DNA from: Botryllus schlosseri
Lineage: Eukaryota
NCBI GenBank assembly: GCA_051294905.1
Contig: CM119372.1
Span: forward strand, 11,472,001-11,536,000
Direction of reading: 5' to 3'
DNA: 64,000 nucleotides
Position numbers and translations under genes: made by a program. How positions within the stretch are numbered: position 1 is the stretch's first letter; each line of letters opens with the position of its first letter. Below, piece by piece: positions 52,616 to 64,000 of this stretch. The notes beneath the pieces are model-generated. The model did no database searches, was not told the origin of the DNA, and was given only the letters and a program-made list of their open reading frames with translations.

Positions 52616-53035
52616 GCGGGTGAGGTAGCGTATTGGTGAACGTTGGCACCATCCAAACAGGCGGCCTGGGTTCGATTCCCGCCGTCAGAGGTTATTTTGG
52701 GCTCCCCGTCCCACGTGTCGCTGTTCCTTACGGCAAATTCTATGACCGGAATAACCATACGCGGATCAGTCCAAGTTAAAGCTCTGGTGATAGTATCGTT
52801 GGCGTGAGCAATGGCATCACCGCTTCCGTAGTGATGTCCTCCGGCTGCGATGGCTTTTGCAGCTGCGTTGTTTCCGACATTAAGGTTAATTCCGCCCAAT
52901 GATATACATCATCGATTCCATCCATGTGCAATGTGCATGCCCGCGAAGAGGTCACCAAATCTTCCTTCGCCTCCGTTGGTGGTAATCAATGACATATTTC
53001 AAAGGATATCATTGGTGACGTGATAAAAATGATCA
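52616..53035 (+). mobile_element. tRNA-derived SINE-like element with long structured body
   Basis: A box tagcgtattgg and B box ggttcgattcc. A second copy of the head is at 27883-28000 (-). The body has several hairpins. Confidence 0.6.
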
Positions 53036-53039
53036 GCAT

Positions 53040-53765
53040 CAGTTAATAAATATGTTCATCATTTCAAAACAGCACAAAGCAGCGATAAAATGAAAAGATA
53101 GGAAGGTGACGAAACGACTTGAAGTAGTCTTTGAAATCAGACACCCATCTGGGCCTAGACGACGTAAAAAAGAGGCATGCACTTGCACACTGAATGATAA
53201 GTAAAGCAGAGAATGCATAAGGCAAGCGACCAAATGAGGCGAGATTGATATGATAGGTCGGGGTCTGGTAATCTGACTAGTATCCATTTAGAACAGTGGT
53301 TCTCAACCTGGGGGCGTGAAAGCATCTGAAGGGGGGCGCGAAGAAGCGGTCAACTGAAAAATTTTTTGGCGCTCTGCACGATTTACCTCCAATTCAAGCG
53401 TGTATCTCTATACAGAGACCGAATTTCATATTTTTGAATTATCTCATCAACAGTCATTATCTTCCATGCCATCAAACAATCTGTTTGGCTTGCTAGCATC
53501 CCGGTTGGATTTCGTGATATGACGATACAGGGGCGCGAAATTTTTACTATCATGAACGGGTGTGTCTGAAAAAGGTTGAGAACCACTGGTTTAGAAGAAA
53601 GTGCTTCTATTTCGACTTGAATGTGGACACTGGACAATGGGGACATGCTAGACTGGCGAGATGCTGTTCCACGAGTGAAGCTCGGCATACTTGATAGAAC
53701 GATGCGTTTTCTTGTATTCCGTCCTGACCACATGATAGTTGTTCTTCGAGGACGCGCGAGTGGCA
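53040..53765 (-). mobile_element. LINE 3' fragment interrupted by family C MITE (53294-53588)
   Basis: Reverse complement of the 25370-25790 LINE end. The MITE has TIR CAGTGGTTCTCAACC and TSD ATTTAGAA/GTTTAGAA. Confidence 0.8.
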
Positions 53766-53812
53766 TCAATCATCACACGAACACACAATGTACAATGCGA
53801 TATACAAGACAC

Positions 53813-54240
53813 CAGAGGTGGTCAGTAACGAAGTATTTCTACTTTTTTGAAGTACTCAAGTAGATTCCCTCCACTTACTCAAGTAGATTATCTCTACTTA
53901 CTCAAGTAGATCTGATTTTCTCTACTTCTACATCTACTTCGTAATATTTTGTGACCTACTTACTTACTTTTCACTATTTTCAGTTTGGAAAGTAGAAGTA
54001 GTTTAATCCCCCAATACGAAAGATAGCCTGAGGAATTTCGGGGCTGTTTTCACGGAGTACCAACATTTAATATTCATAAAAGTCAAGTAAAGCTCACAAA
54101 TTTTGTTGCACTTTGCGTATAGTAGTGATGGAGCGACAAATATGTTTTCACGAAATCATCAGTGAATGTAATTTAGGTACCGCATTGCTTGGTTCCACTC
54201 ACACCGCATTGTCGCCCATATAAAATATTTGGTTCTCATA
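53813..54240 (+). mobile_element. Partial family F hAT-like element (inverted copy of 57200-57625; another end at ~46967)
   Basis: Starts CAGAGGTGGTCAGTAACGAAGTA. About 420 bp is collinear with the reverse complement of 57200-57625. Confidence 0.8.
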
Positions 54241-56384
54241 TACCTAGTACCCTCTGTTACACGGTGAACACTGTATGAAATTCGAGAGAATGGTTGTAAA
54301 AGAAGTGTGTTATGACGAGGCATATATTTTATTAAAGTTTATTTGAACTTATATGGAACAAATGAATTTAACACAACCAAAATTTGACGCGTAAGCGTAA
54401 AGAAAATGGTAGAATTGTAGAGTGGAGTATTCTGAACTTGAAGTTATTAATGTAGAATACGTGTACCAACAATACTTGCCAGAAACAAACAAAGTTGACG
54501 AGTGGAATAAGTTGTCGGCCATTTTAAATAAAGCGGAGTTTGAGGTCGACAGCGGTAGCCTATGATTCACGGCAACCACATATTTCAAAATAACGGTTAG
54601 CGCTTGATGTGATGCGAATTCAGGAAGTTATAAGGAGTCAAATTTCATAATCGCTGCCATACGGTAAACTCGATACCAAAGAGATGCGATTACAATAACT
54701 ACTCACGGCACATCAGTAAAGGAAGCTGATTGTTAGGCCGCCGATGTCACAAACTACTGTTATGATCATTTATGGATCAAATACGGTAAGACGAGTTTGA
54801 ATAAAATGCATTGATCACAAATCAAACACCATCCCATCTTAACGCCTTTTTAAACTCCGCAATTTTGCAACTATTCGGTGAAAGAAAACATAAAGTTAAC
54901 TCGACGTTGAATTTCAATAAATTCACCTCAGGAAAATCAACAATAGTCCAGGATTCTAAACTCGCACTAAATTCGGGTGATCAACGCCGTGTGTTAACAA
55001 TCGTTGGCATATGATGTCGCATGTATTTGACACAGCGCGCAAGAATATATGTATTCTGGTTTCGCCCGTACAATGAAGATACAAATTATTCGTGCGGTAC
55101 TCTCTATGCTATAATCCAGTTTAGGAGAGCCTCGAATGAATTTCGTGTGCGCATAATGAAACAACAGCGCCCGCTGGCGACCTAAAGAAATATATGAACA
55201 AAAGTCGCCCTTTTAATAAAAAAGGGGGGCTATTTGTGATGCGCTAGGTCGTCGCTTCGACCAATTATGGGCCAGCCAAGCTAAGGTCGTACAGGGTATG
55301 CCTCTGACGCCTAAAAATACTAGGATCCCGGAGTTCCAGCTAGGCTTCGCATGAAAACCCGAATTGAAGAATTCTTGTTGTTAGACGTTGTTGTGTGTGG
55401 GTTGCTGAGTAAGCTTGTAAAAGGACTGACAACCCAAAGGTAATGTATTTCCCTGAGCGGGGGAAAGGTGATTGCAGCGAGCGAGGTACTGCAATGTATT
55501 GGGTTGGCACAAAATCAAAAAGGGCGACCGATGCTTCTATCCAAATAAGGAGCCGAGGCCGAATCGTGACACTTAGTCATTTCTGCTCGTGCACGAAGTC
55601 GTTATAATGGGTCATTTATAATGATGAGGGAGATTAACTCGCACACGAAGCTGTGCCATTTTGGTAGCTGATAGAGCCGAAAACAATTAGTTAATGGCCG
55701 CGGCTGCAGCACGAACTGTGATTCATAAAAAGATTAAAAAGAAAATAACTCATCACGAACTGGGCCCGAAACTTATAGCCAGCTCTTGGCAGGGAAGTCC
55801 TTGTTTGTTTTTGAAACAGAAATGCATATAAGCAGCCTCGAATCACCATCTATCCAGTCCAATTCGGACTCCAACACGAAGCGGAGGAATTGAAGCTTAG
55901 ACAGACCGCATCTATAGATGCGTATACGCACGGACGAGACTGGCATTGTTGCACCGAGGTTACGTCATTGAAGATCAGAGCGTATGTAAATCTAAGTTTA
56001 TTCAGTATTTGATTCAAGATAAATGACCAATTAATTTGTCCTACACCCAGTTGGCAAAGTGTAGTGACTTTGCATCATCATGCAATCATGCATACTTCGA
56101 AAATTCAATTTGGCTTGAATGATGACTTGACGGTACTTGGCTGGGCTCGGGTCAAAATGTGTAATGTCTCAAGGTGACTCGTGACTCGAAGGTAGTGGTT
56201 TGATCTCCACACTGTTCTGAGGTCACAAGAGTTTATGGTTATAGCTATTCTGGAACACAGTGCAACTGTATAAAAAGTGATAGTCGTTTTGAATTCAAAT
56301 AAAGGGAACGCTGAAAGACAGAGAGGGTCCGAATTATATGACAATTGCTAAAGAAAAGAAAAACTGACTTATGGATGATATCAG

Positions 56385-57625
56385 CAGAGGTGGTCAAATT
56401 AGTCAAGAAAGCTACTCAAGTAGAAGTAGAAGCAGTGACGGAAAATCTACTCAAGTACAAGTATAGAAGTACTTCTTCAATAAGCCACCTAAAACTACTT
56501 GAAGTAGAAGTAGAATTAACTGACTTTAAATCTACTCAAGTAAGTAAGTAGTTTTGAAAACACTCTTAATTCGTTCGCATGGACTGTCAAAAGCTGCGAA
56601 TTGAGCTATGCGGCACGTGCAGGGAGCTTGATTCGTATTGATGCATCCCAGGAGGTATCAATTTTCGACATAATAAGTTTTGTTTCGCATCATGGGATGC
56701 AAATTATAGTATTGATATGAAGATGCAATACTTATCCTTTGTTTACTAGAGCATCCCGTTTTTAGAGAATATCATGGGATGGCGCCCTACCCCATATTAT
56801 AAGGCCCCAAGTTTAGGCGAAGAGCAATACGTAGAAAATATATCGGATACGGTTACATCACCTTGCGTGATGATTATACGTTAAAAACAAATATTGTGGA
56901 TCGCACAAAGTTATATTTAGTGTAGGCTAGTTTTATTTTCGGAAAATGGAGGCATGCTAACATCTATGAAAGTAAAAGTATGATACTCGCAATTAAAATG
57001 AAATACAAATACCACTTCTAAAAAGCGGATAATATATTTCCTGTATTTTGTCCACAAAGCTTAAAAGGTCATCTGCTAAAACAGGTGTAACGTTCAAAAA
57101 AGCTGGATTTTGTCAGATTATCAAGACACGTAAGGGGCTGCTAGATTACAATATGATAGGTAATTGCTAGATTGCGAAACGGTAGTTTCAAATGTTGTGG
57201 TGGGCCATATTTACTGTGATGAAATATTTGATAAGGGCGACAATGCGGTGTGAGAGGAACCAAGCAATCCGGTACCTAAATTACATTCACTGATACTTTC
57301 ATGAAAACATATTTGTCACTCCATTACTACTATGCGCGAAGCGCAATAAAATTCCTGGGCTTTACTTGACTCTTATGAATATTAAATGTTGGTACTCCAT
57401 GAAAACAGCCGCGGAATTCCTCAAGTTATCGTTCGTATTGGGGGATTAGACTACTTCTACTTGACAAACTGAAAATAGCGAAAAGTAAGTAAGTAGATCA
57501 CAAAATATCACGAAGTAGAAGTAGAAGTAGAGAAAATCAGATCTACTTGAATAAGTACCAGAAGTAGAGGAAAACTACTTGAGTAATTCCAAAAAGTAGA
57601 AGTACTTCGTTGCTGACCACCTCTG
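56385..57625. mobile_element. hAT-like non-autonomous element family F
   Basis: TIR CAGAGGTGGTCA / TGACCACCTCTG, perfect TSD GATATCAG, and subterminal tactcaagta/agtaga repeats. Confidence 0.92.
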
Positions 57626-58617
57626 GATATCAGTCATATTCTGTTGTAATTCGAATGGGTGATGACATATGAAATCCTTCGCGAATATTGCCGTTTGTTC
57701 CCAAACATGCGCGTTATATAGTCCTATAGTCGCCATGGATGAAACAAAGAAGGCTACACCATATTAACACGTTTTATCGATAGTATTCAAAACGGATCAT
57801 GCTTAACGGTATTGATCCATATCTGCAGAAACCCGCTCGAATAATCAATACGAAAAGTATGTAATTCATTTACGCGAAAATTTTAGTAGGACAGTTAGTA
57901 TAGTTTAATTAAAGTCCAGAGATACTAATGTCTAGAGATATAAAAGCAGGAAATGACGAGTGCTTATGCCGCGTTTAGTCAATCAGTTTTAATAATATTT
58001 TCATCATTTCAAAACACCACGAAACTGCGATCCAGGGCAGCCGTACTAACTATCCTGTCGCGTGTAGTAATTGGCTGCGACAGATTTGGCGAGATGGAAG
58101 TGTCTAGTTGAAAGTGAGCCTGACTCCAGTCAAGATTTGAATATGCCGAAAAACACTCTATTATTTCGTGTAAGCTTACATGGGCCGAACTAGGACCAAG
58201 AATTAGTGAGGATGAAAAATAATCACTAGCAGCGATAAAGTTTCCGTAGGGTATGTTGCGGCGTTGTAAATGTGTAGTATCGCAGTGCGTCAATAAATAT
58301 GTGCCGTTCGCTGTGCATATTCATGCCGACAATAAGGCGGGTGCCTTTGTACCTAGATATTCCATGGTTTTGTCAGCATTTTAGAGCATTCTTGTTTAGC
58401 GTTTTTGAGGACGATTTACTTCGCTGACGTAAGATGAAACGCACTAACTCAAAAATAGCTTCAGAAATATACCCACTTGTCGCATTAAATAATAACAAGG
58501 ACAAAGTCAAATTGGATTTATTATTGGTACTGCAAGCAGGCGACTCGAACCAGGCTTGGACAACTAAATAATTCTAGTCGTCTAATCTCACGGAAATAGA
58601 GCGAAATGCCAGTAATA

Positions 58618-58762
58618 TAATTCTAATCTAATTTGGAAAAAGCTGCGTAGCTCTAATTCTAATTTTAACATAATTTGAAAAAGCTGCGTAGCTCTAATTC
58701 TAATTTTAACATAATTTGGAAAAGCTGTGTAGCTCTAAATCTCATCTAATTCGGAAAAGCTG
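58618..58762. repeat. 41-bp minisatellite, ~3.5 copies
   Basis: gctgcgtagctctaattctaattttaacataatttgaaaaa starts at 58642, 58683 and 58724. Confidence 0.9.
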
Positions 58763-61599
58763 AAAATTTTCTAGTTGTCTGGGTCTGACTCGAAATGAAA
58801 ATATATTTACCTATATCTGAACGTCACAAGCGCTACTATTCCGGCAAGGTCAATACACTGAATACCATTCTGATCTGGACGTCAATGCCCCTGTGGAGAC
58901 GCTGTAAATGGTCGTGGAGCAGCGAGTCAGTTCGTTGGCTACTATGTCCATTTTGTGTTGTCACATATATCGGGCCTTGTGTCGATTTTACGTCGTAGCG
59001 CTGAAGCGCCAGTATAGTTGCCGACTATCTAATCGCAAACAACAATGTCAACGGATTTCAAATTGCTACATCGATACCTTTGGTGCTAGACCTTGGAGAA
59101 GATCGATTAATATTCCAAAAGTTTAGGGCTACTATTGTGATTAATAAACATCGATACCTTGGTCACTAGCTAGGATTAATAAAGAAGTATAATGTAACCG
59201 GAATTATTAGGACTATAACATTAGGAATACTTCAGGCCAGTACTGCTAATATAAAGACCTTAGAAAAGTAACCCATGGTTGAACTTATCCACACATTCGT
59301 TTTTCGAAACTGATGTGTCGATGATGGAAAATGACACTCGCCCAAAACCCGCTTTGTCCGCGTATTCACTTTACGAAGTGAATGCGCCTGACGAACGCCA
59401 TTTTGTCGCATTGCAATCATTACGTGTACGAACTATGAAAGTTTACTGTATTGGCAAAAATCAATCTGCAAAAGGGTATTTTCATGTGAGGGTTTACTAT
59501 GACGTATTATTGCAACGTGACCCCTATCTTTCTTATATTGTTCAAGTACTGCATTTACCTAATCTTTGACATCTACCATCATATTGCTTTAAGATGACGC
59601 TAACATGTCTTAGATATAGGTATAAGTTATGAACATTTAATATGAGAATAGTTGGTTGTTACTGCAGTAATTTAACAGCGAGTACTACAACTGTAGGTAT
59701 TAATAAGGCGTCATAACTGACCCCGCCCCTATACTAGTGTCAGGACCCTTCACCCCAACGGGACAAAAGTTTGAAAATTTGATGTGTAATGGACCATAGG
59801 ACAATAGAAACATGGGTATTTAAAGACCTCTTGGGGTAAGGCATTGGAGCATATGTGAGTTCGAAATTCGCGATAAGCCTAGTCTATTGCCTATGAAGCA
59901 CGATATATACGAATGAATAAAAAAGCTTAAGCACACCAATACTGGAAATTAAGGAATATAGCATGATTACAATTACGATATTGGTTCACATATGACTATT
60001 ATAAGTGAGATGGTATCATTTTGTGCTTATCTGGGACTGTGTCGTATGCATGTTAAGTGTTAGCTATACCATCAGTTTGCTTTACCAAGAATGGCGCCAC
60101 CATTTTTTTTCATGTATGCGAGCTTTTACAGTGAGCCGAAGCATGACTGATATATGTATGCATATCTATGCCATGTATGATGTCCACATGAATTGTACAC
60201 TCAGTTGTAGTATCCAATTATTGCATATAAAGACGACATCGGTGCGTCCGCTAGTTTCGGCGAACTTGTGACTCTATGCCAAGTAAATCCGCCAGTCTGA
60301 AACAGAGCCCCAAACGAAGCATCCAGTAGCAGACTATATCCAGAAAACCGGACATTGACGGAGGCATTGCGGAAGGGTTTGACGTATTTTGAGATTGAAG
60401 GGTGATGTTCCGATGTCCCTCTGAAAAATCTTGACATGCTATTGATTGGGTCGGCTGCTTGCCGCAGTTGCATAGTATACAGAAATAAAGCAGTGCGATG
60501 AAATAGGAGCGACTGCTAACCGAAATTGCAATGTATACATAAAATGAAGAAGCTCGATTAAATTTGCTGGAATCGCTCCATAAAGCCGATGAGCTAAAAT
60601 GGAAAGAGCCAAGAACATAGAGGTATTGCATTCGGAATATCGTTACAACGAACCCTCAACAAACCCCGCGTTCTGTTGGACTTGGAATGCCCGATCTCCG
60701 AATCGACAGCACGCAAGTAGGCTACTTGATGACCCTAAGTAGTAACGACTCAAACAAGGGGTCGGTTCCTGGACTAATTGCGGTTTGATATCTGCATCTG
60801 GAAGATTGGGGAACTCTTATAAACAAGGTGGTCGGCAAATTGGTCAACTTGAACTCTGTGTGGTATTGTTTTTTTGTGGCATCGATTGGCATATTTCTTG
60901 TATATTATATGCATGTATATTGTCGGCAGGAAATACCGTCACATTTATGGTGTAAACACACCTTGGAGTATTGAACTGTTATTAATCGTGCATAAATATG
61001 AATAGGTTAAATCTTGACTCGTGTTGTGATTGACGTACGTTCCGTGTGCCAACTTAACCGAGTTTTGCATAGATACTTTATTGCTGTCGGCATGATAATT
61101 ATTGGAGTATGTTGGTTGAATTAAGCCAAGGGGCTTGTCTATTGTATGAATAGTTTGAGCCGCTGGACCTTCCAAGGTCACTGCTTCGTTCGATCAATCT
61201 ACAACCAAGGCTTCAATCAACGTCGACAAAACCGGGTTGTATAAGGGGTGTGGAAAAATGTGGAAAAGCCAGGAGATGGGGTTGAGCTCTGTGAAGTAAA
61301 TCGAACCAAGTGTGGAATACTTGCATGGCAAGCGCCATGAAGCTACACTATAATCAAATGGAGGCACCAACTGGTCTTCTGGGGCTCAGCGTCATTTCTT
61401 GGCAATTTCAGTGGACGGGGGAGAGTCTGAAGACGAACACATCGATTACCTCCTTACTATCTGCGAACGCCAATCTATGAAAAGAAAAGATCGTCGAAGG
61501 ATCACAACTGGGGTTTTCTGCGCCGACACGGGAAGCGTCCTCAAATTGAAAAACGTCGTAGAAACCTAATACCCGCCAAGCTGGGAGGAGCGGCAATCT

Positions 61600-64000
61600 A
61601 TAGACACGAAACTACGTGATATAGGTGACTCCTCCCACGTTGACTCCTTAGTAATAATCAATTTCAACGGACTATCGGCTCCATTTGCGATCGAGAAAGG
61701 AGACCTCTCGATATTGTAGGTCTAAAATGGATTGATCATGTACAACAATTACCAAACATAGCGACTGAATTTGAATCTCCGCCTAATGCAAACGAAGAGT
61801 TGTCTTTAGTAACGCTTCATGACGGGATCTCGTGTGATCAACGGGACGGAACCAAAGTCGGAAGCAGTCTTCGCGACACTGTAACCGATGATGGGTTGAT
61901 GGAAGCTGCAAATCAGATAAGCGTCGAGCCGGTACGTTGTCTGTGTCGCCGCAGGCCGTTGCCGCTGGCGCAAGTGTCGAGATGGTAATCACCACTGGCG
62001 CGAAATGTGTCGAGTCAGGAATCCCTGCTGGCACCAATCATAAATACGCCGATCTTACGACGGCAACTGTCTTAACTTGTTTCCCAAGAGGTCAAAAATA
62101 CGGGAAATCCCTAGTGTTGGGTCAGGTAGCCCCTGCTGGCACTAGTCGAGAAAGTGTCGGGTCAGTTAGCACTGCTGGCACTAACCAAAGATGTGTCGAG
62201 TCAGGAATCCCTGACGGCACCATTCAGTAGACGTCGAGCGTGGAATGCCCGCTGGCGTAAATAAGGACCTGCACGAGAAAACTGGTCCTGAAAGCTCTCG
62301 TGGATGCACTTGTCCGAATAACTGTAACAATTCGGCCCATAGCCTCCATGCGACAGCAACAGAAGACGTCGAGCGTGGAATGCCCGCTGGCGCAAAAGAG
62401 GACCTGCACGAGAAAACTGGTCCTGAAAGCTCTCGTGGATGCACTTGTCCGAATAACTGTAACAATTCGGCCCATAGCTTGCATGCGACAGCAACAGTAG
62501 ACGTCGAGCGTGGAATGCCCGCCGGCGTAAATAAGGACCTGCACGAGAAAACTGGTCCTGAATGCTCTCGTGGATGCACTTGTCCGAATAACTGTAATGA
62601 TTCGGCCCATAGATGCATGACGACAGCCACAGTTATGAGTAATTTCCCAAACAAAGCAGCTGTTACCGGCTAACCGGACACATGTCCGGTCATGACCGGC
62701 AAGGAGTCTGGGGATTTTAAGATGCACGTCTCCCCAGAAACGGGCCCCGGCGGCGACCGAATCCGCCGGCGTGACGGTAGGCGTGGGCACACGCCGAGAT
62801 CAGAGGTCAGATTGAATAGGTTGGGAATCCCCGCTGACAACGAAGAACCTCGCCCTCTCTCCACCAACACCAAAACCCCGTTCATCACGAGATTCGCATT
62901 GGGCCAATAACTGGCCCAATTACTATGTAGCCTAACCTTACAACAAGACACCAGTCCCAGCGTGAAGACGGAACTCGAAAGTCTCTGTGCACAATCGGTA
63001 GCACTGGCGAAACTGTCATACAAACCTCCTGACTTTTGACTGGCCTAGAAAATATCGCCATTCCTGAAGGAGTCTTGACAGCCGTTTATGATCCATTTGC
63101 TTCCGAACTTGATAGCCTGCGGGGCCAACTCAGCTCCCCCCAATCCATGAAATACCAATGCGACATCGGACGTAAGGACCCATCGACTAAGCCTTTCGTT
63201 TCTGGCCCTTATAACCCGACGCGGGAGGGTCAGGCGAAGGCACTAAAGGAAGCAATAGATATAATACCTTATTTTGGTAGTATTGAACAAGGTTTTGCCG
63301 AATGAAAATTGGCTATTTTTGTTGTTCATGAGAAAATGAATGAATCACTACAAGACAAGGCGAGTCGCACTCGATAGTAGCAAGACGGACGTCAGAGGTA
63401 AACCCCCATCCCAAGAAGTGTACATGATCGCTTACTACAGTCCGACGTGGGTAACTCCAGCGGCGAAAGACTATGATCCTAGCACTACAGCGCTGAAACA
63501 TCTGCCACCCCTAACAATACAATGGCGGATGAAAGCGAGGCTGGTGCAAGTAAGACGATCGAAATCGATGGCTAACAAAAAGGGGGAGTATAAAACTGAC
63601 AAACCAATTGATGCGACTTATGGGAAGTAACAGTTGCAAACTCTTCGCGCGCGAAACCAAACCGACGGAATGGTGGAACACCTACAACGACGCGAGTGCA
63701 TCCGGTCACCACTGCGAAGGCTCTGCAGAACTCCACGGAAGACGGCAGGACCGACATCGGAACGGACTACCAAAACCCGGACCACAACCGTAAGGTAAGT
63801 ACCGAAACAACTGTTTTTTATTCAACAGGAGACGACAAAGGCGACTCGTCCTCGAAGAGTGTCGAACTAATGAATACTGCCTTGGAGTCAACGATGGCTA
63901 ACGCATCACCGCAGCCTGGGCAGAAAAACCGAAGTTTGGGAACACCCGCTCCTGAGTATTCCCGAATATCAAGAACCACCGTGGGGAAGACAACCACAGA
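61600..64000 (+). pseudogene. Decayed long ORF, probably retroelement gag-like (continues beyond window)
   Basis: A chain of + strand ORFs (61937, 62245, 62692, 63036, 63340) is linked by single stops or frameshifts, with no introns and higher GC. The segment AIDIIPYFG..QGFAE* resembles the start of a retrotransposon capsid. Confidence 0.45.
62228..62634 (+). repeat. 135-bp tandem repeat x3 (45 aa, Cys/His-containing)
   Basis: gacgtcgagcgtggaatgccc starts at 62230, 62365 and 62500. The unit encodes DVERGMPAGVNKDLHEKTGPESSRGCTCPNNCNNSAHSLHATAT. Confidence 0.95.

Noticed and set aside
52597..52995. Selenoprotein-like minus-strand gene with in-frame TGA-TGT
   Set aside because: The 3' third is the antisense of a tRNA-derived SINE head that also occurs at 27883-28000. 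There is no recognisable homology or SECIS.
53001..53009. Second U12 donor-like ATATCCTTT on the minus strand
   Set aside because: No flanking exon or matching branch site/AC was found, and it lies in a repeat-like element.
59232..59276. Signal-peptide-like MGYFSKVFILAVLA on the minus strand
   Set aside because: It is immediately followed by a stop, with no convincing donor or downstream exons.
62228..62634. CRISPR-like array
   Set aside because: The units are contiguous 135-bp tandem copies without unique spacers, in a eukaryotic context with no cas genes.

Overview
Eukaryotic (animal) genomic DNA with short GT-AG introns and dense non-autonomous transposons. The compact genes and operon-like spacing suggest a tunicate/ascidian, which is inference only. 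Gene order: 3' end of a probable C2H2 zinc-finger gene (+), HEXIM (-, 8 exons), CRYZL1 (+, one large exon), SRRD (+), lunapark LNPK (+, starting 82 bp after the SRRD stop), RPL19 (-), and a ~24-exon kinesin-3/KIF28-like gene (+). The kinesin's first intron is a U12-type AT-AC intron and its protein ends in a CaaX motif. Introns and intergenic DNA carry at least five hAT-like MITE families with 8-bp target-site duplications (several nested), LINE fragments and tRNA-derived SINEs. The last ~2.4 kb is a decayed gag-like ORF with 135-bp tandem repeats. No clearly novel multi-gene system is evident. The best leads are the candidate SRRD-LNPK operon, the minor-spliceosome intron plus prenylation motif in the kinesin, H/ACA snoRNA candidates in an RPL19 intron, a structured HEXIM 3' UTR, and a 28S-rRNA-like motif at a TTAA-ending repeat terminus. 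Exon boundaries were read by eye.
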